Below, piece after piece: positions 48,921 through 56,518 of a stretch of 64,000 bases of DNA; position 1 is the stretch's first letter; each line of letters begins with the position of its first letter. The stretch is taken from NCBI GenBank assembly GCA_024692905.1, contig JAILLY010000066.1, forward strand, positions 2,912-66,911. The letters are read 5' to 3'. The DNA is from Lachnospiraceae bacterium (GTDB taxonomy: Bacteria; Bacillota; Clostridia; Lachnospirales; Lachnospiraceae). Below the pieces are notes generated by a model that was not told the DNA's origin, made no database searches, and saw only the letters and a program-made list of their open reading frames with translations. The position numbers were made by a program, and so were the translations under genes.

Positions 48921-50609
48921 TTAACCTTCAAAGAATACCACTGCTCCGTCATAAGTGTCTTCGATGAACTTCTTGATGTCATCAGACCTTAATACCTTGA
49001 CGAGAGCCTGGATCTTTGCATCATTCTCATGTCCCTCGTATACCGCGATGATATTAACGTAGGTCTTGGCCGCGACCGAATCCGTTGCCTCATAAGCTAT
49101 GGAATCATGTCCTACGGAATATCCTGCCTCAAGAGCATAGTTTCCGTTGAGTACAACGTATGAAACCTCACTGACGACCCTTGCGACCTGAGCCGCTTCA
49201 AGCTCGACAAACTTGATCTCATAGGGATTTTCGGTGATGTCGTTAACCGTGGCGGTAAGTCCGGCACCGTCCTTTAACGTAAGCAGTCCGTTGTCCTGAA
49301 GAAGAAGGAGTGCCCTTGCCTCATTGGTGGTATCATTGGGGATCGCTATCGTATCACCCTTTGCGATCTCATCGAGAGTCTTCTTGGTACCGGGATAGAT
49401 ACCGAAGGGTTCGTAATGGATATCGCCGGCATCGACAAGATGGGTTCCCTGCTCCTCATTGAAGCTGTTAAGATAAGGTACATGCTCTACATAGTTTGCA
49501 TCAAATTCACCTGATTCAACTACAAGGTTAGGCTGAACATAATCTTCAAACTCAGTTATCTCAAGCTTGTATCCGTGCTGTTCAAGAATCTTTGCTGCTT
49601 CTTCAAGTATCTCCGCATGAGGTATGGGAGAAGCGGCGATCTTTATAACCTCACCGTTTCCGTCCGGAATGTCGAGATCGGAAGCGGCTCCCGTTGAAAC
49701 AGGTGCGGCAACGACAGCGGTGTCTCCGCCTCCCTCAACTACGAGCGTATCCTCATAATCCTTTCCGTAGGTGTCGATAAGAGTGGCCTCATAATCCGCA
49801 TGGAAGAAATTCTCGTTTCCGAGTGCCTTTATCTCATCATTAAGCCAGTCAAGAAGTGTGCTGTTTCCTTTGCTTACGGCGGGAGCTATCGTATCCTGGC
49901 TTCCGAGTGAAGGGATGCCGACAACATATCCCTCGTTCTCAAGCGAATAAGCTATGACCTCTGTATTGTCGTTTGCCCATGCAACGCCTGTTCCGTTCTC
50001 AAACGATGTTTTTGCGGTTGCATATGTATCAAACTTCTGAAGCTTTATCTCCGGGTTGTTCTTCTCAAGATACGTCTCGGCCGTGGTTCCGGATATAACG
50101 ATCACCTGTTCATCGGCACCTATCTGATCAAGGCTCTCGATCACATGATCCTCATGCGAAACGACTCCGAGTGCAACATTCATATAAGGAAGGGCAAAGT
50201 CAACCTTCTCGGCCCTTTCTTCCGTTACCGTGAAGTTTGCAAGTATTATATCGACCTTGCCTGTCTCAAGATATTCAACCCTGCTTGCAGCCTCGGTTGA
50301 AACATAATTGATCTTAACTCCCAGATCCTTTCCTATCCTTTCGGCAAAGTATACGTCATATCCCTGATACTGTCCGTTCTCATCCACATATCCGAACGGA
50401 TTCTTATCGGAAAATACTCCGATGTTGATCTCACCGCTTGCCTTGATCTCATCAAGCGTCCTGTAGATCCTGTTTGCATCGTTCGTTGTTTCAGGGGCCG
50501 TACTCTGGACGGGAGCCGCTGCGCCTGCTGCGCACCCTGCGAGAAGTCCTCCGGTGAGTACTGCAGCCAGTGCTGTCCTTAACACATTCCTAAGTAGTTT
50601 TTTCTTCAT
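48921..50609 (-). CDS. Fused two-domain substrate-binding lipoprotein: SBP_bac_3 (polar amino acid/cystine-type) N-half plus MetQ/NlpA (methionine) C-half
   Basis: Lipobox LLAGC. Residues about 50-290 resemble family-3 amino-acid SBPs (GEINIGVFSDKNPFGYVDENGQYQGYDV...). Residues about 320-562 resemble MetQ (KIAASPIPHAEILE..., IAIPNDTTNEARALLLL). Confidence 0.8.
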   Translation of the reverse strand: MKKKLLRNVLRTALAAVLTGGLLAGCAAGAAAPVQSTAPETTNDANRIYRTLDEIKASGEINIGVFSDKNPFGYVDENGQYQGYDVYFAERIGKDLGVKINYVSTEAASRVEYLETGKVDIILANFTVTEERAEKVDFALPYMNVALGVVSHEDHVIESLDQIGADEQVIVISGTTAETYLEKNNPEIKLQKFDTYATAKTSFENGTGVAWANDNTEVIAYSLENEGYVVGIPSLGSQDTIAPAVSKGNSTLLDWLNDEIKALGNENFFHADYEATLIDTYGKDYEDTLVVEGGGDTAVVAAPVSTGAASDLDIPDGNGEVIKIAASPIPHAEILEEAAKILEQHGYKLEITEFEDYVQPNLVVESGEFDANYVEHVPYLNSFNEEQGTHLVDAGDIHYEPFGIYPGTKKTLDEIAKGDTIAIPNDTTNEARALLLLQDNGLLTLKDGAGLTATVNDITENPYEIKFVELEAAQVARVVSEVSYVVLNGNYALEAGYSVGHDSIAYEATDSVAAKTYVNIIAVYEGHENDAKIQALVKVLRSDDIKKFIEDTYDGAVVFFEG

Positions 50610-50698
50610 AATATTTCCCTCTTTTCTTTTATGATATATTGTTTCTTTCCGTATCGTTACTGTTACATTTATCTCCGAGTCCTTTATGTCCCGGCATC

Positions 50699-50724
50699 AA
50701 AAAAGCCCGGGATCTCTCCCGGGC
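50699..50724 (-). terminator. Attenuator terminator in the transporter-operon leader
   Basis: Minus strand GCCCGGGA-gaga-TCCCGGGC (8-bp stem) followed by TTTTTT. The 5' arm plus loop (GCCCGGGAGA) is a perfect 10-nt complement of TCTCCCGGGC (50795-50786) inside the leader ORF. Confidence 0.8.
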
Positions 50725-50736
50725 TCAGACTCGATC

Positions 50737-50850
50737 TTAACAGTGTGCATGACACGGAAGCCATACACGCCTAAGCCTTACATCAGCCCGGGAGAATAGC
50801 ATTCGACACATACACATCATACAACAGCCATTCATATATAAGCTTCTCAT
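50737..50850 (-). CDS. Cys/Met-rich leader peptide, 37 aa (MRSLYMNGCCMMCMCRMLFSRADVRLRRVWLPCHAHC)
   Basis: AAGGAGG lies 7 nt upstream of the ATG. Eight of nine consecutive codons (9-17) are Cys or Met. It shares the C-R-M-x-x-S-R core and CGAATGC...CTCCCGGG nucleotides with the metY leader ORF. Confidence 0.65.
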   Translation of the reverse strand: MRSLYMNGCCMMCMCRMLFSRADVRLRRVWLPCHAHC

Positions 50851-50880
50851 TGTCCTGCCTCCTTTCGATTCAATGGTAAT

Positions 50881-50920
50881 AAAATACACCCTAATTCCTA
50901 CTGTGTCAATAGGTTTTTAA
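50881..50920 (-). promoter_or_regulatory. Transporter-operon promoter with conserved operator-like box (copy 2 of 3)
   Basis: Minus strand TTAAAAACCTATTGACACAGTAGG (50920-50897). TTGACA (50909-50904), 17 nt spacer, TATTTT (50886-50881). Confidence 0.65.
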
Positions 50921-50927
50921 AAAAATT

Positions 50928-51179
50928 TTAATCCCCTACCTTTTTAATGTATAACTCAAACGTTCCGTCCTCATTATCAACGAGCTTAAGTACCTCGTGG
51001 CCCTCCTCCTTAACGCTCCTTGGCACGTTATTGACCGGTTCACCGTCATTTAAGTGGACCTGAAGTACCTGACCCTCATCAAGCTCATCAAGAGCGACCT
51101 TGGTCTTTACAAAGGTCACGGGACAGTTCACATCCGTAATATCAACAGTATCATCAACTTTAATATCTATCTCAGCCAT
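50928..51179 (-). CDS. TusA/SirA-like sulfurtransferase
   Basis: 83 aa from ATG 51179 (AAGGAGG 5 nt upstream). Conserved Cys in VNCPVTF and a two-layer alpha/beta pattern typical of TusA. Confidence 0.7.
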   Translation of the reverse strand: MAEIDIKVDDTVDITDVNCPVTFVKTKVALDELDEGQVLQVHLNDGEPVNNVPRSVKEEGHEVLKLVDNEDGTFELYIKKVGD

Positions 51180-51223
51180 TTTTTCCTCCTTTTGCGGGTC
51201 CCCGCAAAATACTTGTTTTATCA

Positions 51224-51652
51224 TCAGATCACGATCAGCTCTTCTTTTCGTACAGTCTTCTCTCCTTCTGCTTTCTCAATATGAAATGCATTAAGAACGG
51301 GGTTTTCTTCCTCCATGAGCGAAAGGATCAGATAACTCGCGCTGCTGTCATTGGCCAGCCGCTTATCTTCCTCTGACGGACGCGAGGGTGACGCCGGATG
51401 GGAGTGCCAGTTTCCGAGCGGTTTAAGGGCTCTTGCTCTCATATCCTTTACCGCATTGAGCTGTTCATGCGGATCGATCGTAAAATGCTCGCTGGTATGA
51501 TCGGTATTTGTCAGTATGTATACCTTACATATTTCCCGCACGCCATCCCTGCGATCGACTCCCGCTATCAGTCCGCAGGCTTCGTTCGGGCTTTCCTTAA
51601 GAGAGTGTTCATATATCATTTCAAAATCGCTGCGCTTTATCGTTATCTTCAT
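51224..51652 (-). CDS. JAMM/MPN+ metalloprotease (Mov34 family), copy 2
   Basis: NEACG glutamate motif and HSHPASPSRPSEED (HxHx7Sx2D). Start at ATG 51652 with GGAG upstream. Confidence 0.85.
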   Translation of the reverse strand: MKITIKRSDFEMIYEHSLKESPNEACGLIAGVDRRDGVREICKVYILTNTDHTSEHFTIDPHEQLNAVKDMRARALKPLGNWHSHPASPSRPSEEDKRLANDSSASYLILSLMEEENPVLNAFHIEKAEGEKTVRKEELIVI

Positions 51653-51706
51653 ATATTCTCCGTTCAACTATCATATGTGGTTCCAGCAGCAGCATCCAAA
51701 GAAAGA

Positions 51707-52522
51707 TCATTTGGACTGCTTCAGTTCACACTCCGCCTGCTCATAATCGATAAGCTCCGTTATCGTCGGTTCATCCGAACATACGGCACATCCCTTTCCG
51801 CGGGGAGGAAGCTTTATCTTATGAAATTCCATCTTAAGCGCATCATAAGTCAGCAGGTATCCCGAAAGCAGTTCGCCCGTACCCGTTATATACTTTACCG
51901 CCTCCATTGCCTGAAGCGAACCGATCACGCCGCCCATGGCTCCGATGACTCCGGCCTGTTTGCAGGTTGGGACCGCATCCTTTGGGGGCGGATTCTTAAA
52001 TATACATCTGTAGCAGGGGCTCTCGCCGGGGATTATCGTGGTGAGCTGCCCCTTGAACCGTATGATGCCGGCATGTGATAAGGGCTTTTTTTCCATCACA
52101 CATGCATCGTTGATAAGAAATTTTGCGGGGAAATTATCTGTCCCGTCCAGGATAAAATCATAATCCCTTATAAGCTCGCGTATGTTTGTACTGTTAACGA
52201 ACTGATAATAGGTATTCACAATCACATCCGGATTGATCGCACGCATGGTCTCTGCGGCTGATTCTACCTTCTTCTTCCCTATATCGGGTGTCGTATGTAT
52301 GACCTGCCTCTGAAGATTGGACAGATCGACAACATCTGCATCCGCTATGCCTATGGTTCCCACGCCGGCAGCGGCAAGATAAAGTGCGGCCGGTGCTCCG
52401 AGTCCTCCGGCACCTATTATGAGGACTTTTGCATTGAGCAGTTTTTTCTGCCCTTTTACGCCGATCTCCTTTAATATGATATGTCTTGAGTAACGCTCCA
52501 GCTGTTCATTTGTAAAAGCCAT
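51707..52522 (-). CDS. ThiF/MoeB/HesA-family E1-like adenylyltransferase
   Basis: RYSRHIIL..., GAGGLGAPAALYLAAAGVG nucleotide loop, CYRC and CAVC zinc pairs. TAATG overlap with the ThiS-like gene. Confidence 0.88.
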   Translation of the reverse strand: MAFTNEQLERYSRHIILKEIGVKGQKKLLNAKVLIIGAGGLGAPAALYLAAAGVGTIGIADADVVDLSNLQRQVIHTTPDIGKKKVESAAETMRAINPDVIVNTYYQFVNSTNIRELIRDYDFILDGTDNFPAKFLINDACVMEKKPLSHAGIIRFKGQLTTIIPGESPCYRCIFKNPPPKDAVPTCKQAGVIGAMGGVIGSLQAMEAVKYITGTGELLSGYLLTYDALKMEFHKIKLPPRGKGCAVCSDEPTITELIDYEQAECELKQSK

Positions 52523-52731
52523 TAAAGCCTTCCTCCTCCCATGAAGTATAAGAATTCGACCTCATCACCTTCGTTAAGAGCATGACTGTCAAAACTGCCT
52601 TTATCGATGAACTCCTCATTTACCGATACAGTCACATATTCCGGAGTTTCCACGTTTTCCTGCTCAATAAGCGCAGCGACCGTGATCCCGTCCGCAACTT
52701 CTTTTTTCTCTCCAGCTATAGTGATCTTCAT
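52522..52731 (-). CDS. ThiS/MoaD-like ubiquitin-fold sulfur-carrier protein with C-terminal extension (…FMGGGRL)
   Basis: 69 aa with a beta-grasp pattern (MKITIAGEKKEV...GDEVEFLYFMGG). The diglycine is followed by 2-3 extra residues. Strong RBS AGGAGGG. Confidence 0.8.
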   Translation of the reverse strand: MKITIAGEKKEVADGITVAALIEQENVETPEYVTVSVNEEFIDKGSFDSHALNEGDEVEFLYFMGGGRL

Positions 52732-52759
52732 GATCTTCCCTCCTGTAGTGTTTATTCTC

Positions 52760-53770
52760 TTAAATTATGTAGTACCACTCATCGCTCTGGCTTAATTCTT
52801 CACTTCTTATCTCGTTTTTGTCTGTCCGGTATTCCATCTCAAGATTCTTCATGCTGACCCTTGTGTTCGCATCGATGGAACAGGTGATGAATGCATTTCC
52901 TCCAATGACGGCATTCTCACCGATGACAGTCTCTCCTCCGAGGATTGATGCACCGGCATAGATCGTAACGTTATCGCATATGGTCGGATGTCTTTTCCTG
53001 CCGGAAAGTCTCTGCCCGCCTCTTGTGGAAAGAGCTCCTATCGTGACACCCTGATAAATCTTGACATTTCTGCCTATGACCGCCGTCTCGCCTATAACTA
53101 TCCCCGTACCGTGATCTATGAAGAAATATTTATCGATGGCCGCCCCCGGATGTATGTCTATGCCCGTCTTACTGTGCGCATATTCCGTCATGAGTCTCGG
53201 AAGAACGGGCACCTGTTCAAGATACAGCTCATGGGCCAGCCTGTACACCGTGATCGCCATCAGGCCGGGATATGCAAGAATGATCTCTTCATAACATCCC
53301 GCTGCCGGGTCCCCGTCATAAGCAGCCGAAAGATCCGTCTCTATATACTCACGTATCTTTGGTATCCTGGCAAAGAATGCCTTGCAGATACGGTAACTTT
53401 CCCGCTTCCTTTCATCATCGGTAAGGGTTCCCCTTTTTCTGCAGTAATCAAGGGCCAGATACACCTGTTTGCTCAGATGATAAAATATATCCTCGATGAT
53501 GACGGCAAAACTGTTCCTTGGATTATATATCTTGTAAGAGCGGTCCCTGAAATAACCCGGAAATATTATCCTGAAAAGATTTCTTATAAGTTCATGAACC
53601 TCTGCTTTGTCAGGTTTGTTATATATATTGACCTCATCGATATGTTTTTTTCCTTCAAAATCCTCAAATATGTTTTTGACGATAAGATCTATCTCTTCTT
53701 CCCTTATTATCTCATTCACCGGTATTCTCCTTATATCCTCATGTACTGCCGGATCCATCCGGCAGCACAT
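52760..53770 (-). CDS. Serine O-acetyltransferase, long form (about 150-aa N-terminal domain), encapsulin-operon associated
   Basis: C-terminal hexapeptide SAT core (GIDIHPGAAIDKYFFIDHGTGIVIGETAVIG). 336 aa. The N-terminus reads MCCRM. Confidence 0.85.
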   Translation of the reverse strand: MCCRMDPAVHEDIRRIPVNEIIREEEIDLIVKNIFEDFEGKKHIDEVNIYNKPDKAEVHELIRNLFRIIFPGYFRDRSYKIYNPRNSFAVIIEDIFYHLSKQVYLALDYCRKRGTLTDDERKRESYRICKAFFARIPKIREYIETDLSAAYDGDPAAGCYEEIILAYPGLMAITVYRLAHELYLEQVPVLPRLMTEYAHSKTGIDIHPGAAIDKYFFIDHGTGIVIGETAVIGRNVKIYQGVTIGALSTRGGQRLSGRKRHPTICDNVTIYAGASILGGETVIGENAVIGGNAFITCSIDANTRVSMKNLEMEYRTDKNEIRSEELSQSDEWYYII

Positions 53771-53782
53771 GAAGGCATTACT

Positions 53783-55504
53783 TTAAGCAAATGTCTTTAA
53801 TACTTTAACCAGTGCATCAATGTCATCCGGAGAATTATAAAGCGCGATAGTCGGCCTTACCGAACTTTCATATCCGAAACGGCGCAGAACCGGCTGCGCA
53901 CAGTGATGTCCCGTGCGAACAGCTATCCCGTAGCTGTCAAGCCTCTTTCCGACCTCTTCATCCGAATATCCGTCAAGCTTGAATGACAATGCCGATGACT
54001 TGTTGAGTGCGGTCCCTATAAGATGAAGTCCCTTTACCATTTTCATCTCTTTCATGGCATATGTTAAAAGTTCATGCTCCCAGCGGTAAACGCAGGGCAT
54101 GCCGATATCGGTAAGATAGGAAAGCGCCGCGCCAAGACCGACAGCATCGGCTATGCTTCCCGTTCCGGCTTCGAATTTGTTCGGGGCGGGATTATATATC
54201 GTCCTTTCAAAAGTCACATCCGCGATCATATTTCCGCCGCCGTGATAAGGCCTGGCTGCCTCGAGCAGTTCCTTCTTTCCGTAAACCGCTCCTATGCCCG
54301 TCGGAGCAAAGATCTTATGTCCGGAGAATACAAAGAAATCCGCATCAAGCGCCGATACATTCACCGGTATATGTGCCACCGACTGGGCTCCGTCAATGAG
54401 TATGCGTACTCCGTGCCTGTGTGCGATTGCAATGAGCTCCTCAACCGGAGTGACTGTTCCAAGCACATTGGACACATGGGTCACCGCAACAAATCTGGTC
54501 CGCTTTGTGAAAAGCTTCTCATACTCATGAAGTATGAGCTGACCGGTCTCATCGCAGGGTATAACCTTTATCACCGCACCCGTTTCCTGGGCTATCAGCT
54601 GCCAGGGAACTATGTTCGCATGGTGTTCAAGGATCGAGACGATGATCTCGTCTCCGGGTTCGAGCATCGGCTTTACATAAGCATTTGCCACGAGGTTTAT
54701 ACCTTCGGTCGTGCCTCGCACGAAGATGATCTCATCAGATGAAGGCGCACCGATAAAATCGCGCACGATATCCCTTGCTTTTTCGTATGCATCCGTCGAT
54801 CTTGCCGCCAGAGTATGGGCACCCCTGTGCACATTGCTGTTCTCATGCCCATAATAATACGAGAGTCTGTCTATAACGGCCTTTGGACGCTGCGTGGTCG
54901 CTCCGTTATCGAGCCATATCAGCGGATTGCCGTTTATCTGCTCTTTGAGGATTGGAAAATCATCCCTGATCTGGGCAAGCGACTTGCTGCCTATCCTTAT
55001 CTGGTCGTTCCTCGACGAAGCGGGGGCTGCCTTTGAGGCATCGCCGCTGACACTGTCACCTCCAAGCGATGTGGGGACATCTATCCTGCGGCCTTTTTCA
55101 TACGCCTGCGCCTGAGACATGACTGTCGGGGAATAACTCACGCTCTTTTCACCGGTAAGCACGGGTATATCCCCCATACCGGGGATCATTTCCGCCTCCG
55201 GAGCACTTACCGCCTCAACCGTCTGAAGATACTGATCGGTGTATCCCCCGCCGTAAGCGAAAGGGTGCTCCCAATCAAACGGTTCTGTCACCGGTGTGCT
55301 CAAGCCCGGGATTTCTCCGGCCGTTCCGGCATACGTGCCGGTCGAAGGTATATTCACTTCGGGAACGGATGCTGCCGGTATATCTGTCTCGGGAATACCG
55401 TATACACCTTCCGTAAGATCCGGAAACATCTCATTTGCAAGAATACTGAGTTCTCCCGCGCTTAAGATGCCGTCAGGATTATCAATCGTAATCATAATAT
55501 TCAC
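53783..55504 (-). CDS. SufS/CsdA-type cysteine desulfurase with about 170-aa disordered N-terminal extension (predicted encapsulin cargo)
   Basis: The catalytic part has HHANIVPWQ, SGHK (PLP lysine) and RTGHHCAQP (active-site Cys). The ORF-track start is GTG 55504 and an ATG at 55495 is also possible. It overlaps the encapsulin 3' end. Confidence 0.88.
   Translation of the reverse strand: MNIMITIDNPDGILSAGELSILANEMFPDLTEGVYGIPETDIPAASVPEVNIPSTGTYAGTAGEIPGLSTPVTEPFDWEHPFAYGGGYTDQYLQTVEAVSAPEAEMIPGMGDIPVLTGEKSVSYSPTVMSQAQAYEKGRRIDVPTSLGGDSVSGDASKAAPASSRNDQIRIGSKSLAQIRDDFPILKEQINGNPLIWLDNGATTQRPKAVIDRLSYYYGHENSNVHRGAHTLAARSTDAYEKARDIVRDFIGAPSSDEIIFVRGTTEGINLVANAYVKPMLEPGDEIIVSILEHHANIVPWQLIAQETGAVIKVIPCDETGQLILHEYEKLFTKRTRFVAVTHVSNVLGTVTPVEELIAIAHRHGVRILIDGAQSVAHIPVNVSALDADFFVFSGHKIFAPTGIGAVYGKKELLEAARPYHGGGNMIADVTFERTIYNPAPNKFEAGTGSIADAVGLGAALSYLTDIGMPCVYRWEHELLTYAMKEMKMVKGLHLIGTALNKSSALSFKLDGYSDEEVGKRLDSYGIAVRTGHHCAQPVLRRFGYESSVRPTIALYNSPDDIDALVKVLKTFA
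54995..55504 (-). other. Predicted intrinsically disordered cargo-loading domain of the desulfurase
   Basis: Low-complexity Pro/Gly/Ser/Thr-rich region. It contains GELSILANEMFPDL, which resembles the LARLANEFF-type loading motif reported for family 2A encapsulin cargo. Confidence 0.55.
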
Positions 55505-56438
55505 CTACTTCTACATCCTCAAGCACCGCTATCGCATCATCCGCAAGTATCGCAGCCGAGCAGTACAGAGATAATAAGTAAGATGCCACTCCCTTATCAT
55601 CGATGCCTCTGAAACGCACCGACAGTCCTCTTGAATGTTCGTTCTTGAGTCCTGCCTGGAATAATCCGACAACACCCCTCTTTGCTTCACCCGTACGGAT
55701 GAGAAGGATGTTGGTCTTTCCGCTTTCGGACTTGGGATTCTTAAGTCCGTCAACCAGGAGCTTGTCCGTAGGGATCACAGGGATCCCCCTCCATGTAAGG
55801 AAGTTTCCTCCTGCAATGTTTACAACTACAGGCGGTACACCCCTCTTCGTGCACTCTCTCTCAAATGCTGCGATAGCCCTGGGGTGAGCAAGGAAAAATG
55901 AGGGCTCCTTCCATACCTTGGTTATGAGTTCATCAAGATCATCGGGCGTAGGTGCACCGTTGCGTGTCTGGATCCTCTGGGAATCAGGCACGTTCTTCAA
56001 AAGGCCGTAATCATCATTATTGATCAGCTGGCTCTCCTGACGCTCCCTTAAAGACTCGATCGCAAGTCCGAGCTGCTCCTGGACCTGATCGTAGGGTACA
56101 CTGTAAACATCCTCCACGGATGTGTTCACATTGATGATCGTTGAGATCGAATTAAGGACATATTCGCGGGGTTTCGTCTCATACTCAACATATCCCTGCG
56201 GAATTATGTCTGACTTTTTCGTCTGGGAGCAGAGCACGTCGAGCGGGGTTTCGCCTTCAACCACCCTGTTCACCCTGTAGATACCGGTCTCCAGCCCCTT
56301 GAACTCAAGGAATTTGGTGAGCCATCTGGGGGTGAGTGCTCCAAACTGGGGCTTGGTCTTGGTAATGTTCGCAAGATTATAGGCCGCCTGAGAATCAAGC
56401 GCGTTGATCCCCTCTTTCTTAACTGTTTCGTTTGCCAT
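55482..56438 (-). CDS. Family 2A encapsulin shell protein (SrpI-like, HK97 fold)
   Basis: 318 aa from ATG 56438 (GGAGG 7 nt upstream). Motifs I recall from SrpI-type shells: LTPRWLTKFL, GIYRVNRV, KPREYVLNSISTIINV, ERQESQLIN, TRNGAPTPDDLDELITKVWKEPSFFLAHPRAIAAFERECTKRGVPP, LLSLYCSAAILADDAIAVL. No cNMP-binding insertion. Confidence 0.8.
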   Translation of the reverse strand: MANETVKKEGINALDSQAAYNLANITKTKPQFGALTPRWLTKFLEFKGLETGIYRVNRVVEGETPLDVLCSQTKKSDIIPQGYVEYETKPREYVLNSISTIINVNTSVEDVYSVPYDQVQEQLGLAIESLRERQESQLINNDDYGLLKNVPDSQRIQTRNGAPTPDDLDELITKVWKEPSFFLAHPRAIAAFERECTKRGVPPVVVNIAGGNFLTWRGIPVIPTDKLLVDGLKNPKSESGKTNILLIRTGEAKRGVVGLFQAGLKNEHSRGLSVRFRGIDDKGVASYLLSLYCSAAILADDAIAVLEDVEVGEYYDYD

Positions 56439-56518
56439 TTCAGTTCCTCCTGTCTTATGATTGATCATTTTCTATTAGATAGTCTGCTCCTGACAGACGT
56501 ATCCATCGTAAATATATA

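Noticed and set aside
56439-56518. 80-nt gap before the encapsulin gene as an internal promoter or regulatory RNA
   Set aside because: It contains only a 5-bp hairpin (GTCTG/CAGAC) and no convincing -35/-10 pair or U-tract, so there is too little evidence.
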